From assembly GCF_964213995.1 (NCBI RefSeq), contig NC_135816.1, positions 63,550,001-63,614,000 on the forward strand: a DNA stretch of 64,000 bases. Reading direction: 5' to 3'. The notes below the pieces were generated by a model, which saw only the letters and a program-made list of their open reading frames with translations, ran no database searches and was not told the origin of the DNA. Position numbers and translations under genes: made by a program. Below, one piece after another: positions 62,105 to 64,000 of this stretch. This DNA comes from Mustelus asterias (lineage: Eukaryota). Positions within the stretch are counted from its first letter, which is position 1, and every line of letters begins with the position of its first letter.

Positions 62105-62440
62105 AGAGCACTGGGATTGACCCAGTTATAGAGTCATCCCAGCACATAGTAAATACTAAGAATAAATCTTGGTAATGTGCTGGGATTATCCTGGCTAAAA
62201 TATCTGCAGTGTGCTGGTCTTGTTCTGAGCAAAATACTTGCAGTGAGATTTATTCTGAGTTAAACACTTGCAATGCGTTGGGGATTGTCCTGTATGTAGT
62301 ATTCACCATATGCTGGGATTATCCTGAGCAGATTACTTTGCAATGCGCTGGGATTAACCTGGTTAAAACACTTGGGAGAGGTCTGGGATTATCCTCGTTA
62401 AAATATTGGCAGTGTGCTGGGATAATAGCTGATAAATTGT
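62105..62440. repeat. Degenerate minisatellite, period about 34 bp
   Basis: At least 8 units resembling gtgctgggattatcctggntaaaatayttgcagt. Confidence 0.8.
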
Positions 62441-63082
62441 TGACGGTGTCCAGAGGATCATTTGACTCGTAGTATTTTTGATTCTTTACTAGTATTTCTT
62501 CACTAGTATTTTTGATTCTTTCATGATCTTATAGTTTAAATAGATTTGCACAAGCTCCTGATGCTGTTTCTTCTAGATCCCAACAGTTGTAAACTAGCCT
62601 TTGATAATTTCTCATTGATAAATTCCACCATAAACCCATCAAAATATCTCTTGAATACACTTATATTGTTCACTCCACTTGCCCTGGCATTTTATCCAAA
62701 TTTTTGGAACCCTGAAGGTAAACAAATTCTGTTTCATTTACCTTGTTCTTAACATCCCAGTGTTTAACTTTTATCTCACGGTATTTGAAATCTGTATTAT
62801 TTGGAGGACAGTGTTTCCTTTGTAACTTTGAAAATTTAAAATCAGAAGCCTTTATATCTCGTTTCCAAAAAGAATGAACCTAACTTCCTTAAATATTGCT
62901 CATGAATTAAATTTCTAATCATTGGATCAATTTGTGCTGCTCAGTATTTGTTGTCAGAGACAATCGTGCCCTTTAGATGATTAAGTGTCCAGCACTGAGT
63001 AAGGTACTTCAGGTGGAGTTGTCCACTACTTATATAGCAACAATTAGATTTGTACTCCATTTTTATAGGCTTCCATAGGTTA

Positions 63083-63860
63083 ACCATAGAAACATAGAAG
63101 CCAGAAGCAGGAGTAAGCCATATGGCTCTTTGAGCCTGCTCCGCCATTCATTTTGATCATGGCTGATCATCAAATTCAATATCCTGATCCCCCCTTCCCC
63201 CATATCCCTTGATTCCTTTAGCTCCAAGAGCTACATCTAACTTCTTTTTGATATCAGACAACGTTTTAGCCTCAACTACTTTCTGTGGTAGTGAATTCCA
63301 CACATCCACAAGTTTCCGTTCTAAAATGTTTACCCCTTATCCTCAAACTATGACCCCCTAGTTCTGGACTCCCCCACCATTGGGAACATTCTTTCTAAAT
63401 CTATCCTGTCTAATCCTGTTAGAATTTTATAAATTTCTAAGAGATCCCCTCTCGATCTTGTAAACTCCAGTGAATATAATCCTAACTGATTTAGTCTCTC
63501 CTCATATGACAGACTTGCCATCCCAGAAGTCAGCCTGCTATACCTTTGCTGTACTGCTTCTATAGCAAGGACATCCTTCTTCAGATAAGGACATCAAAGC
63601 TGCACACAATACTCCAGGTGTGGCCACATCAACACCCTATACAATTGTAGCAAAACATCCCTATTCCTATACTCAAATCCTCTTGCTATGAAGGCCAACA
63701 TATCGTCTGCCTTCTTTACTGTCTGCTGTACCTGTGCGCTTACTTTCAGCGACTGATACACAAGGACACCAAGGTCTCACTGAGTAGCCACCTCTCTCAA
63801 TTTACGCCCATTCAAGTAATAATCTTTCTATTATTGCTACCAAAGTGGATTATACATTGT
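63083..63860 (-). mobile_element. CR1 LINE 3' part
   Basis: catagaaacatagaa terminal repeat, 3' UTR, and reverse LEYCVQL and LEFTRSRGDL motifs. Confidence 0.88.
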
Positions 63861-64000
63861 AAATCCTTCATCTCTCTCTTAATTAGCAAACCTTACAGTG
63901 GCTTCATTTACACAATCTCTTCCTTTAATTGCTCATTTCAGTCTTAGTTACTTTATATTTGTCTACATTGGACTTCTGTTACCACTTGGTCTTGGTACCT

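Noticed and set aside
62105-62440. CRISPR-like periodicity
   Set aside because: Whole units are homologous, with no unique spacers and no cas genes, in a eukaryotic context.

Overview
Repeat-dominated vertebrate non-coding DNA, almost certainly from a shark (elasmobranch), judged by HE1-type V-SINEs with CR1/HER1 tails, Deu-type SINEs and shark-type Penelope repeats. I found no recognisable host protein-coding gene. The long ORFs I could assign are transposon-derived and most other ORFs are noise. Contents: many CR1 LINE pieces (one with an endonuclease ORF open to the window edge), Rex1/Babar, RTE and Zenon/L2-like LINE fragments, about 15 HE1-like SINEs with two different tails, a deleted Gypsy LTR element, a decayed two-gene Harbinger transposon with a nested hAT element, Harbinger-type MITEs with 3-bp TSDs, and a 28S rRNA pseudo-fragment containing the sarcin-ricin loop. 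The most notable signal is a set of Penelope-like elements whose terminal repeats carry minimal hammerhead ribozymes. One hammerhead has an intact core, and two others sit in a long palindrome with different mutations. Family names come from motif recognition by eye, not database searches, and most boundaries are approximate.
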